This document shows positions 18,106-29,929 of a stretch of 64,000 bases of DNA, piece after piece. The notes under the pieces are model-generated. The model saw only the letters and a program-made list of their open reading frames with translations, made no database searches and was not told the DNA's origin. The stretch is from Ostreococcus lucimarinus (taxonomy: Eukaryota): NCBI GenBank assembly GCA_000092065.1, contig CP000586.1; one strand, written 5' to 3'. Numbering within the stretch: the stretch's first letter is position 1; every line of letters starts with the position of its first letter. The position numbers and the translations under genes are program-made.

Positions 18106-18636
18106 TCACGAATCGTCGTCGTCGTCGTCGTCGTCCGAAATCGCTCGGCGACACGCCGGGCACACCCGCGCGTCCGCCGACACCCAAGATTTACAGAGCC
18201 CGCACCGCGCGCTCGGCGTCCACGCCGGCGCGCCCGCGATCGAGATCTTCGCCACCGCGCGCATCGTCGCGTAAATCAGCGCCAGCGTCAGACACGCGTC
18301 GATGATTCGCGCCAACAGCGCGCCGTATCTAAACGTCGCCCCGCCGCAGACGAACGCCATCTCCTCCAGCGCCTTCGACCTCGACCCGAGCATCAGCGCG
18401 ACGCTCGGCGAGACGAACGCGTCGATGAACGCGTCCAGGACTTCTTCGACCATCTTCGCGGCGACGACGCCCAGCGCGATCGGCGACGCGCGCGCGAAAT
18501 TCTCGCCCAGAAAGAGCACCAGATTCGTCTCCGCGCGTCGGCGTCGTCGCGCGTCGTCGCGATGCGCGTCGCGGTGGCGATCGGAGATCGGGAGCAACGC
18601 TTCGCGCGCGTCGCTCGTCGTCGTCTCGCGCGCCAT
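18106..18636 (-). CDS. Small hypothetical membrane protein with a C-terminal Cys4 zinc-ribbon-like motif and a poly-Asp tail
   Basis: A 176-aa ORF with hydrophobic helices (…FLGENFARASPIALGVVAAKMVEEV…, …IIDACLTLALIYATMRAVA…) and CGLCKSWVSADARVCPACRR. It overlaps only junk frames on the other strand. Confidence 0.4.
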   Translation of the reverse strand: MARETTTSDAREALLPISDRHRDAHRDDARRRRRAETNLVLFLGENFARASPIALGVVAAKMVEEVLDAFIDAFVSPSVALMLGSRSKALEEMAFVCGGATFRYGALLARIIDACLTLALIYATMRAVAKISIAGAPAWTPSARCGLCKSWVSADARVCPACRRAISDDDDDDDDS

Positions 18637-18793
18637 GGCGTCGCGGGCGCGCGCCGGCGCGGCGCGAGGTGTCGGCGCGCGCGCGGCGACCGACCGTCAG
18701 CGCGGCGACCGACCGCCTCAACACCCCAAAGAAGTAAGTAAGTCAAAGTCGACCGCACTGTATCTTCTCCCGCACTCGACGACGACGGACGGG

Positions 18794-20410
18794 ATGCGGG
18801 AGCGCGACGACGGCGCGACGACGCGCGCGCGACGAGCGATCGCCGTCGTCGGCTGCGTCGGCGGCGTCGCGCTCGCGGTGGCGGCGGTGCTCGAACACGG
18901 AGACGCGATGCGCGCGTGGTACGCGGGCGGCAGCGCGACGGCGATGCTGGGCGGCGCGGACGCGCGCGCGGAGGACGTGCGACGCGCGCGCGCGGCGCTG
19001 GGAACGCCGGCGAGATACCCGAACAGCGCGGCGGCGAGAGCGAGGCGAGAGAGGCGGACGAAGACGAGGAAAGAGGCGCGAAGGATGAAGGCGGGACGAG
19101 ACGGGGACGGGGACGCGGCGCGAGGCTTGGACGACGCGAGTTTAGGGATGTTGGCGCCCGATGCGGTGCCAGAGTACGAGGCGCACGCGTTTAAAGTGCC
19201 GGTGGGAACCGTGGAAAAGACGGCGGAGGAGCTGAATAAGATGGAGGGGTACGGGTACGACGAACGGGGCGAACTCGTCGGGGACGCGTGGCGACGCGAG
19301 TGGCGACGCGCGCAAGACGAGATTATTCGCGAGAGCCTGATGGAGGAGAGGCATCAGTCGAGGGTGAGGCATCACCCGTCGCACGTCCAGCCGTCGCTCG
19401 GGTTTCACCCGCACGCTGGACTCGGTGCTTCGCATCACCCTCACCATCACCGTCGCGGCGAGAAGAAGGCGAGCGGGAAGAAGGCGAAGAGCGACGACGG
19501 CGACTCGTCCAAGTTGGGCTCGAAGGTTGAGCCGCTCAAGACGCCCGTGTACATCATGTCCATGGGAGATAAGCCGGTGCGTAACCCCGATCCCGTGCTC
19601 GGTCGCACGGACAGTGAGCGCACGGAGCACTTGCTCAAGGAGCTCGTGAGAGAGTACGGCACGGCGGCGATTAAAAGCTACGTGCGCTTGACGCCCGGGG
19701 TGGACGTGAGCGACTGGCCCCACGAAGAAGACACGATGCACTTCGCGCTCAAGTCGATCATGAAGAACAAACCGACGGGCGCGCAGCTCGCTACGCTCCC
19801 ATGGCTTAGCTTTTACACCAGTCGCGATAAGGAGGGTCATTTTTCGGACAAGTTTGCGAAGGAGCGCAATCTGTACACGCACATCGGCTGCTTGTTCGGG
19901 CACATGTTCCAGTGGCAGCTCGCCGCCGACGCGAACGACAAGCACGCGTTCATGTTAGAGTCTGACGCTTTTGATAGCTCAATCGTCGGCATGCCGTTCA
20001 AGGACATGCAAACGTTGGCCGACAACGCGCCGAAGGAGTACGACATCATCTTTTTCGATCAACCGAGGGACATGACCTTCGACGAAGCGCCAGAGCATAA
20101 ATTTAAAGACGCCGGCGGGAGTGAAATTTACTTGTTCCGACTCAAGTCGAAGAACACTCAAGGCGGACTCTCGGCTTCGTTGGTTTCCAGGTCGTTTTAT
20201 CCCAAACTTTTCAAGCACCTCTCGCATTTCGGCGGCGACATCGTCGACTCGATGTTAAAGTCGCAGCTCTGCACCGATTCCATGGTGGACGCCACTGGCA
20301 AGTTCACGGGATTCGGCGCGGGCAACAAACCGTGGTTGAAGTGTTACTGGGCTTTGCCCGCGAAGAAAGGCAGGGAATCCCACGGCAAGTTCGTCTACAA
20401 TAACTACTAA
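18794..20410 (+). CDS. Hypothetical type-II-membrane-like protein (short N-terminus, signal-anchor helix, His-rich linker, ~350-aa globular domain). It may be a glycosyltransferase-like Golgi protein
   Basis: ATG at 18794 (MRERDDGATTRARRAIAVVGCVGGVALAVAAVL…). The stretch upstream of it in the 702-aa tracked ORF is antisense to the 18106..18636 gene and is low complexity. The domain is non-repetitive (…YIMSMGDKPVRNPDP…IIFFDQPRD…) but I do not recognise it. Confidence 0.45.
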   Translation: MRERDDGATTRARRAIAVVGCVGGVALAVAAVLEHGDAMRAWYAGGSATAMLGGADARAEDVRRARAALGTPARYPNSAAARARRERRTKTRKEARRMKAGRDGDGDAARGLDDASLGMLAPDAVPEYEAHAFKVPVGTVEKTAEELNKMEGYGYDERGELVGDAWRREWRRAQDEIIRESLMEERHQSRVRHHPSHVQPSLGFHPHAGLGASHHPHHHRRGEKKASGKKAKSDDGDSSKLGSKVEPLKTPVYIMSMGDKPVRNPDPVLGRTDSERTEHLLKELVREYGTAAIKSYVRLTPGVDVSDWPHEEDTMHFALKSIMKNKPTGAQLATLPWLSFYTSRDKEGHFSDKFAKERNLYTHIGCLFGHMFQWQLAADANDKHAFMLESDAFDSSIVGMPFKDMQTLADNAPKEYDIIFFDQPRDMTFDEAPEHKFKDAGGSEIYLFRLKSKNTQGGLSASLVSRSFYPKLFKHLSHFGGDIVDSMLKSQLCTDSMVDATGKFTGFGAGNKPWLKCYWALPAKKGRESHGKFVYNNY

Positions 20411-20479
20411 AAGTTCGGCGCGCCGGTACCGGTATAGTCGTGTAACAAAACGATTCGAGTCATCATTTCAAAGTCGCTA

Positions 20480-21583
20480 TCAAATCAAGTCGTGTCCCGG
20501 CGTCGGCGGCATCCCGCGTCCGCGAGTGTGGAATCGTGTCGCGGTGACTAAGGAGTGATCGCCGTGCACGATGTGAAACTTATCGATCGCCTCGCTCAAG
20601 CCATCCGTCGTCTTCGTCATCGCGGTGAGGTAATTCAACACGAGGGTGTTCTCGTACTCGTCCGCGAAATCCTCTCGCAACGCCTCGCTCGAGCTCGTTC
20701 GCAACACCACCATCGCCTTCGCGACTTCGCGCAGCACGTCACGATCGAGCACCGCTCTCCCGTCCTTCACCGCGCGAAGATACTCGAGCACTACGGCTAA
20801 TCGATCCCGCAGCGCCGTCGTCGCCGTCGCCGCCGATTCCAAACTCGACGCGAACCGCGCGCTCCGCGAATCCCGCCCCTCCGGCGCGATCTTCGCCACT
20901 TCGTCCACCACGATGCGTTCGGCCTCGAGCATCTCCACCGTAAACGTCTCCTCCCGCAAACCATCGCTCCCGCGCTCGTACCACCGCACCCCCGGCGCGT
21001 CGTCCGCGCCCCCGCGCGCGCTCACCAGCGCGAACACCGCCGCCGCCGCCGCCTCCCCATCGTCCCCATCCCGCGTCGCCCGCGCCATCACGTCCCGCGC
21101 GAACGCGTCCCCGATCGCCAAATCCTCTTCGTTCGCCTCGTCTCGATCGTCCACGACGCGATACCACCCCAGCGGTCGCACGTCGTCCCGCGTTCGCCGC
21201 GCCGCCGCGTCCCGCTCGAGCGCCAGCGCCGCGTCCGCTCGCGTCGTCCCATCGCTCGCCGCTATCGCCGCGCCCTCCACCGCCATCACGATCTCGACCC
21301 GTCGCGCGCGTCCGCTCTCGTCGCGCGCGACGCGGCCGTACAGCGCGCCCACGACGACGTCGTCGCGCGTCGCCGTCGGTTCGCGCTCGCGCGTCGACGC
21401 CGCGCTCGCGTCGTTCGGAGCGCACCGCGCGGCGCGCGCGCGCGCGTAGTGATCGCACGCCGTCGCGGTGACGATCGGGTGGCACGCGCGCGCGACGTCG
21501 CGCGCCATGCGCGCCGCGACGCGCGACGAGGCGAAGATTCGATTCGATCGACGACGACGACGCGGCGAAGAGTGACGCCGCAC
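20480..21583 (-). CDS. MPN-domain protein (eIF3f / CSN6 / Rpn8-like, probably non-catalytic)
   Basis: MPN start HPIVTATACDHYARA…VVGALYGRV…VEIVMAVEG resembles VHPLVLLSxxDHxxR…VxGxLLG. The C-terminal helical region (…LRDRLAVVLEYLRAVKDGRAVLDRDVLREVAKAMVVL) is typical of CSN6/eIF3f. Confidence 0.65.
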   Translation of the reverse strand: MRRHSSPRRRRRSNRIFASSRVAARMARDVARACHPIVTATACDHYARARAARCAPNDASAASTREREPTATRDDVVVGALYGRVARDESGRARRVEIVMAVEGAAIAASDGTTRADAALALERDAAARRTRDDVRPLGWYRVVDDRDEANEEDLAIGDAFARDVMARATRDGDDGEAAAAAVFALVSARGGADDAPGVRWYERGSDGLREETFTVEMLEAERIVVDEVAKIAPEGRDSRSARFASSLESAATATTALRDRLAVVLEYLRAVKDGRAVLDRDVLREVAKAMVVLRTSSSEALREDFADEYENTLVLNYLTAMTKTTDGLSEAIDKFHIVHGDHSLVTATRFHTRGRGMPPTPGHDLI

Positions 21584-21612
21584 ACGCGCGCTGGAGCGCG
21601 CGGCGTCGCGCG

Positions 21613-22021
21613 ATGGACGACGACGCGGACGCGACGCGCGCGACGCGCGCGCGCGCGCGCGACGCGACGCGCGGGACGGCGGGCGATGGATGCGCGCGCG
21701 CGACGGCGGAGTCGTTAGGGACGCGCGACGACGACGACGACGACGACCGCGGACGCGACGAAGACGCGCGGGCGACGACGAGGGCGCGTGCGCGCGAGGC
21801 GCGAGCGTCGACGGACGCGGACGCGCGCGAACGCGCGCGCGCGGACGACGCGCGCGAGGCGGACGACGGAGGCGGACGATCGAACGACGGCGGCGGCGAC
21901 GCGCGGGGCGAGGAGGAAGAGGACGACGACGGGCGAGACGATGGACGCGAGCGCGAACGCGCGAGCTCTGAGAGCGATCAGAGCGATCGGAGTCATCTGG
22001 ATCGCGATGATGGGTCGGAGA

Positions 22022-22054
<33 letters not shown>

Positions 22055-25000
22055 GGCGGCCGGCGGCGAACGTGGCGTATCCGATGTTTTTGTGCGACGA
22101 GCGGCATCGGGATTCGGCGAGGTTGTACGCGGACGACGACGGGGACGATGATGGGGAACGACAGAAGTGGCGCACGAAGGATCGCATGAAGACGGTTTCG
22201 GTGGCTCTGGTGCTTTGCTTGAACATAGGGGTGGACCCGCCCGATACGATGAAAATTTCGCCGTGCGCGCGCATGCAGTGTTGGATCAATCCGATGAGCG
22301 CTCAACCGCAAAACGAGTTGGACGCGATAGGAAAGGCGTTGCAGGCGCAGTACGAGCGATGGCAACCGAGAGCGAAGTATAAGCTTCAACTCGATCCCAC
22401 GACTGAGGATATGAAGAAACTGTGCATATCGTGCCGGAGAAACGCAAAGGGCGAGCGAGTTCTGCTCCACTACAACGGCCACGGAGTTCCGAAACCGACG
22501 GCTAATGGAGAAATTTGGGTTTTCAACAAATCTTACACGCAGTACATCCCGCTGTCGGTGTTTGATTTACAGGCTTGGACTGGGACGCCAGCCATTTACG
22601 TCTTCGACTGTTCCAACGCCGGATTGATCGTCAAATCCTTCTTGAAGCTGTCGGATCCATCTGCCGCGCCGAAAATGTCGCCGCCGACGACGAACGCTGG
22701 CTTGGATTTAGAACGACGCCAAATCGGTCGGTCTTTTGCGTTTGCCGAACTCGAGCATGCGCAACCAAAGTTAGATGCGGGAGATTCCGGTTTCGGGCCG
22801 ACTAATGTCACCAGCACAGCAAACGAGTGTATTTTAATCGCCGCGTGCGGTGCAAATGAAATTTTACCGCAATCGGCCGATCTTCCAGCTGATGTTTTCA
22901 GTGCATGCTTAACGACTCCAGTGAAAATGGCGTTGCATTGGTTTTGCTCGAATTCCGTCCTTCGAGGGCAAGGAATCTCGGCTGATATCATCGACAACAT
23001 CCCAGGAATGCAGAATAATCGCAAGACGCCACTGGGCGAGCTGAATTGGATTTTCACCGCAATCACGGATACGATCGCTTGGAACGTTTTGCCTCGTAGT
23101 CTTTTTCAACGATTGTTCAGGCAAGACTTACTCGTTGCGTCGTTGTTCAGGAATTTCTTGCTCGCCGAACGCATCATGCGTGCAAACAACTGCACGCCTG
23201 TATCATCGCCGAGATTGCCACCCACTCATCAACATCCTATGTGGGCGGCGTGGGATATGGCCGTCGAGCAGTGCTTGCTGCAAATGCCAGCTTTACTTTC
23301 TGGCAATCCAGACACTGAATTCGTGCCGTCGCCTTTCTTCACAGATCAACTCACAGCGTTCGAGGTGTGGTTGGAGTACGGAAGCGAGAACGACGCGCCG
23401 CCTGAACAGTTGCCGATCGTTTTGCAAGTTTTACTCTCTCAGTCGCACCGTTTGCGAGCGTTAATTCTGTTGGGGCGATTCTTGGATTTAGGATTGTGGG
23501 CCGTCGAGCTTGCATTATCTGTCGGCATCTTCCCTTACGTGTTAAAGTTGCTTCAGACGACGGCTCCAGAGTTGCGTCAAATTTTGGTTTTCATATGGAC
23601 GAAGATTCTTGCGCTTGATCGATCGTGTCAAGCCGATCTTGTCAAGGACGACGGTCACGCATATTTCATTCGGTTCTTGCAGAGTTCAAACGTACCGGTT
23701 GAAGAACGCGCGATGGCCGCTTTCATCTTGGCGGTCATCTCAGACGGCCATGAGAAGGGACAGACAGTTTGCATGGCTAGCGGCCTGATGGAGATTTGTT
23801 TACTAAATATCCCGGAAGCGGCACTCCCAGAGACCGGATCACCATTTTTCCTTCGATGGTTGTGTCTTTGCCTCGGAAAGCTGTGGGAAGACAATGTAGA
23901 GGCTCAGAAAGCTGCGTGTAACGCACAGGCGCACGCAATGCTGGCAACCTTGTTCGCGCATTCGTCACCGGATGCCCGTGCAGCGGCCGTGTACTCACTC
24001 GGCTCGCTCATTTCTATTGGTCACACGCTAGACCCCGATTTGCTTCAGAGAGAAGACTCAAAGGACGATTCTCAAACGCAAGAGCTCATGCACGCCATGT
24101 CGTCGACGAGCGTATTATCAACGCAGTCGCCCTCGCCTCGCCCGTTCAGCAGCCACGACGGACAAGAGACATTACCACAGGAAAATTTTGTTTCATCTGG
24201 TGCGATACCCGCAATGGAGCGTGAGGTGGCGATCAATTTGCTCACGACCGCAGAAGATGCGAGTCCAATGGTTAGAGTCGAAACTGCTGTAGCGCTCTCT
24301 CGTATCGCTCGCGCGCACAAAGTCTTCATGCGCGAAGCGGCGATTGCATGGAAACGCGATTACGACACCGTCACGGCGAGACGTGTGGTTGAATCCAAGC
24401 GTAGTGAAAATATCAGCAGTCGCCGTCGCTTCTCAAGTAGCGGATCTTTTGGAGGCTTTGACCATTCGATAGGGAGTACGAAGGGCATGTCCACCGTGGA
24501 TGAAGATGGCGATCGACCGACGAGCTCTCTCACCGTTGAAAATGTGGCGCGCTCGGCCGACGCACAGCAAGGATTATTGGACTCTCACGGTGAATGTAGC
24601 GATGGAGGTTCGATTCCACTCCCGCCTACGTATCCGCAATCGCAGTACGGCGATGATTGGATGCAAGAGCGGACAACTGAAGGACCGAAGGGTGGGTTGT
24701 ACACGCAAATCTTACAAGTGCTGCTCGATCTCGCCACCGACGCAGCTCCGTCTGTTTCCGCGGCAGGAATAAAAGCTCTCATGAGTGTTGGACTGGAAAT
24801 GACGCATCCAATAATGGAAAAAGCGACTAGCACTGGGAGCTTTGCCAAAGAGTCGTCGCAAGAAGCAAAATCGAAGTCGCATCGAAGACAGCCATCATTC
24901 GCAAGCTTAGATTTGGGAAGTTTCGAGCGTTCTTCTTCGAAAGATCTCACCACGAGTCCGAGTGGATCTTTGATGCGCACGGAATCGTGGTCCCAGAGGT

Positions 25001-26712
25001 TAACAAGCATTGGCTCGCGCTTGCTCGGATCACCGACTAAGCCTAAACCAGCTTCAACGCTGAGCGGCACCCGTGAGCCCGGTGCGCAAAGCCCATCTAA
25101 AGCTTCGGGTGGGCGAGGCGCACGATTCGGCGGCTTACGAAAGCAAGCGAGCGGAGGTAAAGACTCGTCGTTCCAAGGTGGAGGGCAGTCGATGAGTTCG
25201 TCGCACCTCCCGGCGTTGAATATTCCGCGCGTAGGATCGCGAACAAGCGACTTGCGACTTTCTCCGAGGAACGATTCACCGCTACGTCGAACGACAAGTA
25301 CGCTCATCTCCGATCACGACCCAGGTTACGATAGCTCGGGGACTTTACCGCGTTTTGGTTCTCACGCGTCCCTTGAATCGCTTGAGTCTCCTCGAATCGG
25401 TGGCGGATCGAATGATACGAGCAGATTCGATCATGCTCACGGCGACGAGTTACCGAGAAGTATGATTTACAAGCGCAGCTGCGCGCACTTTTCGATGGCA
25501 TTGCTCGAATCGGCGCAAGAGGAAGAAGAGAGTGAATTCGACGATGACTTCACAAGTGACGTTCCTCCATGGCTGCGAGCTCCCGATACGAAGCGTCGTG
25601 CGGACAGATTGAGAAGAATGTACGAGAGAATGGCAGAGACGCGAACGACGGAAGAACATCGACTCAAAATGACAGAGTATGTTTCGAGCATTGACGTGGG
25701 TGGAGGTGGCGTCGTGCCCACGTCGATCATCATGCACTCGTTAGAGCCACAAGCCGTCGCCGGCGACAATCGAGGTCGCGTACACGTCTGGGACCACACT
25801 TCATCGCGGATGGTCAACAAGATTGAAACGGGCTTGAAAAGCACCGACATGCTATCCCTCGTGAACGAAACCGACGATGCACTCTTACTCACGGGTTGCG
25901 TCGATGGCTCGGTGAAAATCTGGCGCGACTACGATAAAATTGGTGGTGAATCTCTCGTGACTGCTTGGAATACGCTGCCTTCGCCAACCATCTTACCCGA
26001 CACTGGAAGCACCGGCTCCTTACCGATGTCCCTGTACAAGCCGTCAACGCATTACAACGCCCATGAGTCCACGAAGGCGGTGATCGTTTGGCAGCAGCTG
26101 ACCGGATGTCTTTACGCCACGGGCAATGCGCCTCATCCGTTGCTGCGCGTTTGGGACGTTTCAAGCGAACTCTGCCGGGAGACATTGAGCCTTCAATCAC
26201 AAGGAACGTGTTTGACCGCTGAAGGCGCTCTTCTCATGGCTGGCACAGCAGATGGTGCAGTGTTGTCCTACGATTTGAGAGCGCCCGCACGTTTATTGAG
26301 CGCGATGCAAACGCACACGCAGCCAGTGATTTCAATCCTACTTCAACCTGGAGGCGAAGATAATCTCCTGATCACTGGTTGCTCAGACGGGCAAATCAAG
26401 TTTTGCGATTTGCGCAATGCATCGAAGCCATTTCTCACGACGGAAGTGTCGAGACCATCTGCGGTGCCCAATCGCACCCCATCGCTCACCGCGCTTGTCG
26501 GACATCCTTGCGCCCGCGTGATTGCCTCGGGATCATCTGAGCGCGCCATCAAGCTTTGGGATTTGCAAGGTCACAATTTCGCCTCAATTCAGTACACGAA
26601 CTCGTTCCTTGGGCAACGAATAGGTTCCGTCACCGCGCTCTCGTTCCATCCGAACTTGATGTACCTCGCAGCTGGTAGCAGCGCTGGTCACGCCACAATT
26701 TATAGTCATTAG
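21613..26712 (+). CDS. RAPTOR: RAPTOR (regulatory-associated protein of TOR), single exon
   Basis: Conserved Raptor N-terminal block …KWRTKDRMKTVSVALVLCLNIGVDPPD…, then central HEAT/ARM repeats and C-terminal WD40 repeats (…DGSVKIWRDY…, …IKFCDLRN…, …IKLWDLQG…). The first ~150 codons are D/R/A-rich and partly encoded by a GGCGTC repeat, so the true start may be a later ATG (e.g. MFLCDERH…). Confidence 0.9.
22023..22052. repeat. (GGCGTC)5 hexamer repeat inside the RAPTOR N-terminal coding region (ASASASAS)
   Basis: Read directly. Confidence 0.8.
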
Positions 26713-26751
26713 CAAAATAGAAATGTCATCAACACGTTTTGTACAAATTAA

Positions 26752-29730
26752 TCATGGGTGGCTAAAACTAAACGCTAAGGCGCCGAACGCGTCGGCGAGC
26801 GCTCGTGCGCTCAAGCTAGGTTGCGTTGCGAGCAAACTCGCGACAATATTATTTAAGGATGTGTCAAATATGGCTTTGTTCACCAATGGCACCGCTGTTT
26901 TGAAACTTGCGACGACGCGCGCATCGCTGTTCCCTCCGTCAAGGTAATCTCGCAAGCTTTGATACGTCGAGAGCGTGATGGCGTGCGACTTCTTAAGGGC
27001 GTCACCAATAGCCCCATCGACTCGCGCAACCGCGAGGACGCTCACCAGTGTCGTCGTCAACTGGCAAATCAGCGCCGGTTTATACTTGAAATCCATTGCA
27101 CTTTGAGATTCGAAAGCAGTGCTCTGAATCTCGAGTGCCTCTAAGCTCAACGTCAGCACCGAAACAGAATCCACGTACGCCAAGGTCAGGCGCTCATGCC
27201 GTGCGCCGACCGCGAGCGCTGCGGCGGCGTGTAGACGAATCTTGAAATTCTTTGCGTCTCTTACGAGTAGTAGCAGCATTCTCACGATGAAGTCGGCCCA
27301 GTATGCGCCCACATCCATCGCTGAGTCGTTCTGTAGCAACGCCGCGACACCCAGACAGGCGTTCCATTGCGTCTTGGCGTTTCCCGTGGTCAAACAACTC
27401 GCCAAACTCTGCGCAGCTTTGTGAAGCCATTCGTGTGAGGTATCAAAAGTCGAGGCGGCAATAAGATGCGCGATTCCTCGCGTGGCGCTCGCGCGTACTT
27501 TGTCTCCTTGCTCAGCCGCGCTCGCAATCAAAACTTTTGCCAACGAAGCGACAGTGTCGTCGCATAACCGATTCTCCCTCGTCGCGTTCACCGCGCAGAG
27601 GTTAGCCAATGACCACATGGCTGGAATCTTCACTGACTTCGAAACATCTTCAGCGGCGATGAGAAGTGCCGCCGCGGTCTCTTCGAGATTGACGCATGGT
27701 AGGTAGATGAGGAAACCGAGCGCTCGGCAGGCGGCGGCGCGAACAGCGGGCACCGACTCATGTGAACCGCTAAGCACCGAGTGAGGCATCGATAGAAGCG
27801 AATCTAACGTTCGCACATCTGAACCAAAACATGTCAGAACATTTGAATTCACTCGAGTCAGTACGTTCAAACCAGCAACGCGAGTGAGCGCAGATTTATG
27901 CAAAGCGCACGTTGGCAACTGTGATTCAATCGCATTCGTCCACGCCGCTCGTAGAACCTCACTGGGAAGTGCGGGAGTACTTGCGATCATTCCGAAATCA
28001 ACCTCATCGTCGTCGCGCACTTGTCCGCTACCGCTCACGGAGCCGAGATAATCCGTGAGCAATCTTGCAGAGGCTTGACACACGCGGTCGTCCGCGCCCG
28101 AGGCGCACACCGCGCTCGGGAATAACTCGCGTAATTCATCACCTATCAGCGTCGCGGCCCCAGTGTGATGCACCACGAGTGCGCGCAGGACGCTAAATGC
28201 TTCACAACGCGATCCTGCGACCTCACCTTTTGCGTGCGAGATCATTCTGTAAATCATGGATGACGACGAGTCCGAGCTCAAGTATTCGTCGAGCGCCCGC
28301 GTCGCGCCGCGCGCGGAGAGCGCGGATGCCAGCGCTCCGAACAACGCGCTCTGTATCGTCGATCGATCGCTTGGCGTTTCTGCGGATAGATGCACGAGTT
28401 TAGCGTGAATCGAGTCCACGGTTTCTCGAAGAAGGTCTCGTGGGAATCGATCAAACGGCACGGCGTCGCACAGCGCCGCCACGGCTTTGCACAACTCTCG
28501 CGCGCACTGCGCGTTCTTCTCGCGTGACAACGCGGTCAGAAGTGCACGAAGAGTTATGATCACCATATCTCCTAAAGTTGTACTCAGCGCGGAAAAAGAG
28601 CGAACGCGAGCGCCAAATCCCGGCGCTAACGACGAACTCGCCGCGCCGTTGGCGCCGGCGCTCGTCGCCGCCTCTCGTCGTTCGGCGATGGCTAGGTATT
28701 GTCGACTTGCCGGTCCCTCAAACAGCGCCATCGTCGCGTTTGCCGCCGCGCCGCGCACCTTGGCGCTAGAATCACACGCGATCACTTTCACCAAACTCGT
28801 CGATACGCTCTTCTCCCGCAACTGATGTTCCGAAGTCGGCAACATCGTCGCCCACGCGCCGTGCAAAGCCTTCCCGTTCAATCTCGCGAGCGCGCCGAGC
28901 GCGCCGCACGCCCCCGCGCGCAAATCGCACGCATCTTTCTCACACATCGCGATGTTTTCATCGCTCTCTCTCGCGTGCGGCGGTTTGTACGACGTTCCCT
29001 CGCCGTCCTCCCCGTCGCCCTCGTCGTCTCGTCGACACGCCAACCGCGTCAACGCCTCGCACACCCCCGAGCGCGCGCCGACCCCCCAAACCTCGCTCGA
29101 CATCCCCCAGCGCACCACAAATTCCACGAACGCGCTCCAGCACCGCCGCATCGCCTCCGCGCGCCCCTCGTCTCGCTCCGTCGCCGCCGCGCCGCGCCGC
29201 AACCGTCCCGCCGCGCGCGCCGCCGCCCTCCCGATCGACTCCCCGTGCCTTCGCCACCCCACCGTCGCGCCGCTCGCCAGCGCGCGCATGTCCCGCTCCA
29301 TCGCCGCCATCGCCGCCGCCGTCGGCCCGCGCGCGTCGTCGTCGTCGTCGCTCGAGAGCAATCCAGTCAACGCCCGACCGATGACGCGTTCGTCATCGCC
29401 CGCGTCCGCGCCCTCCCGCGCCGCGACGTCGCGCCTCGTCGCCGCGAGCGCGTCCGAGGCGTCATCCTCGGCGTTCGCGCGCGCGATCGACGCGTCGCGC
29501 GCGTCCGATCGCGCCATGCGACGACGAATGCGGGCGCGCGCCGCGCGCCTTCGCGACACTTCGCGACGCGTCGACGCGACGCCGCGCGTCGGATCCGCCG
29601 CGCGAGCGCGCGCGACGATGGCGACGAACGCGCCGCAACCGCCGCTCGCGCGAGACGCGGCGGTCGATCTCGAGTGCGACGACGAGTTCGAGGAGTTTAC
29701 CGCGAAGAAGTGGGACGAAACGCAAAACAA
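26752..29730 (-). CDS. HEATR6: HEAT-repeat protein, HEATR6-like
   Basis: The C-terminal region has the HEATR6-type pattern (…KTQWNACLGVAALLQN…, …NFKIRLHAAAALAVGARHERL…, …FKYKPALICQLTTTLVSVL…). The N-terminal ~250 aa are low complexity and may not be coding. Confidence 0.65.
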   Translation of the reverse strand: MFCVSSHFFAVNSSNSSSHSRSTAASRASGGCGAFVAIVARARAADPTRGVASTRREVSRRRAARARIRRRMARSDARDASIARANAEDDASDALAATRRDVAAREGADAGDDERVIGRALTGLLSSDDDDDARGPTAAAMAAMERDMRALASGATVGWRRHGESIGRAAARAAGRLRRGAAATERDEGRAEAMRRCWSAFVEFVVRWGMSSEVWGVGARSGVCEALTRLACRRDDEGDGEDGEGTSYKPPHARESDENIAMCEKDACDLRAGACGALGALARLNGKALHGAWATMLPTSEHQLREKSVSTSLVKVIACDSSAKVRGAAANATMALFEGPASRQYLAIAERREAATSAGANGAASSSLAPGFGARVRSFSALSTTLGDMVIITLRALLTALSREKNAQCARELCKAVAALCDAVPFDRFPRDLLRETVDSIHAKLVHLSAETPSDRSTIQSALFGALASALSARGATRALDEYLSSDSSSSMIYRMISHAKGEVAGSRCEAFSVLRALVVHHTGAATLIGDELRELFPSAVCASGADDRVCQASARLLTDYLGSVSGSGQVRDDDEVDFGMIASTPALPSEVLRAAWTNAIESQLPTCALHKSALTRVAGLNVLTRVNSNVLTCFGSDVRTLDSLLSMPHSVLSGSHESVPAVRAAACRALGFLIYLPCVNLEETAAALLIAAEDVSKSVKIPAMWSLANLCAVNATRENRLCDDTVASLAKVLIASAAEQGDKVRASATRGIAHLIAASTFDTSHEWLHKAAQSLASCLTTGNAKTQWNACLGVAALLQNDSAMDVGAYWADFIVRMLLLLVRDAKNFKIRLHAAAALAVGARHERLTLAYVDSVSVLTLSLEALEIQSTAFESQSAMDFKYKPALICQLTTTLVSVLAVARVDGAIGDALKKSHAITLSTYQSLRDYLDGGNSDARVVASFKTAVPLVNKAIFDTSLNNIVASLLATQPSLSARALADAFGALAFSFSHP

Positions 29731-29929
29731 CGCGACGACGAGGGACGCGACGCAGTGGGAGGAGGATTGGGACGACGGCGACGTGCGCGACGATTTCTCG
29801 AAACAGCTGCGCGCGGAGCTGACGAGGGCGGACGGGAAGTGAGCGACCGCGGGCGCGATGGGAGAGAAATTTTAGAGATCGTCGACGCGACGCGAGGGTG
29901 GTTTAAAAAGAGGCGAAGCGCGCGAGGGA

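Noticed and set aside
18302-18793. N-terminal 164 codons of the 702-aa tracked ORF
   Set aside because: They overlap the better-supported minus-strand small gene at 18106..18636 and are low complexity. The real protein most likely starts at the ATG at 18794, just before a signal-anchor helix.
24603-24625. The T-loop-like motif GGTTCGATTCC
   Set aside because: It lies inside the RAPTOR coding sequence (…DGGSIPLPP…). No acceptor stem or anticodon arm can be formed around it.
28952-29842. A plus-strand 296-aa ORF (S/A/R-rich) opposite the HEATR6-like gene
   Set aside because: It is a low-complexity antisense frame with no recognisable features.
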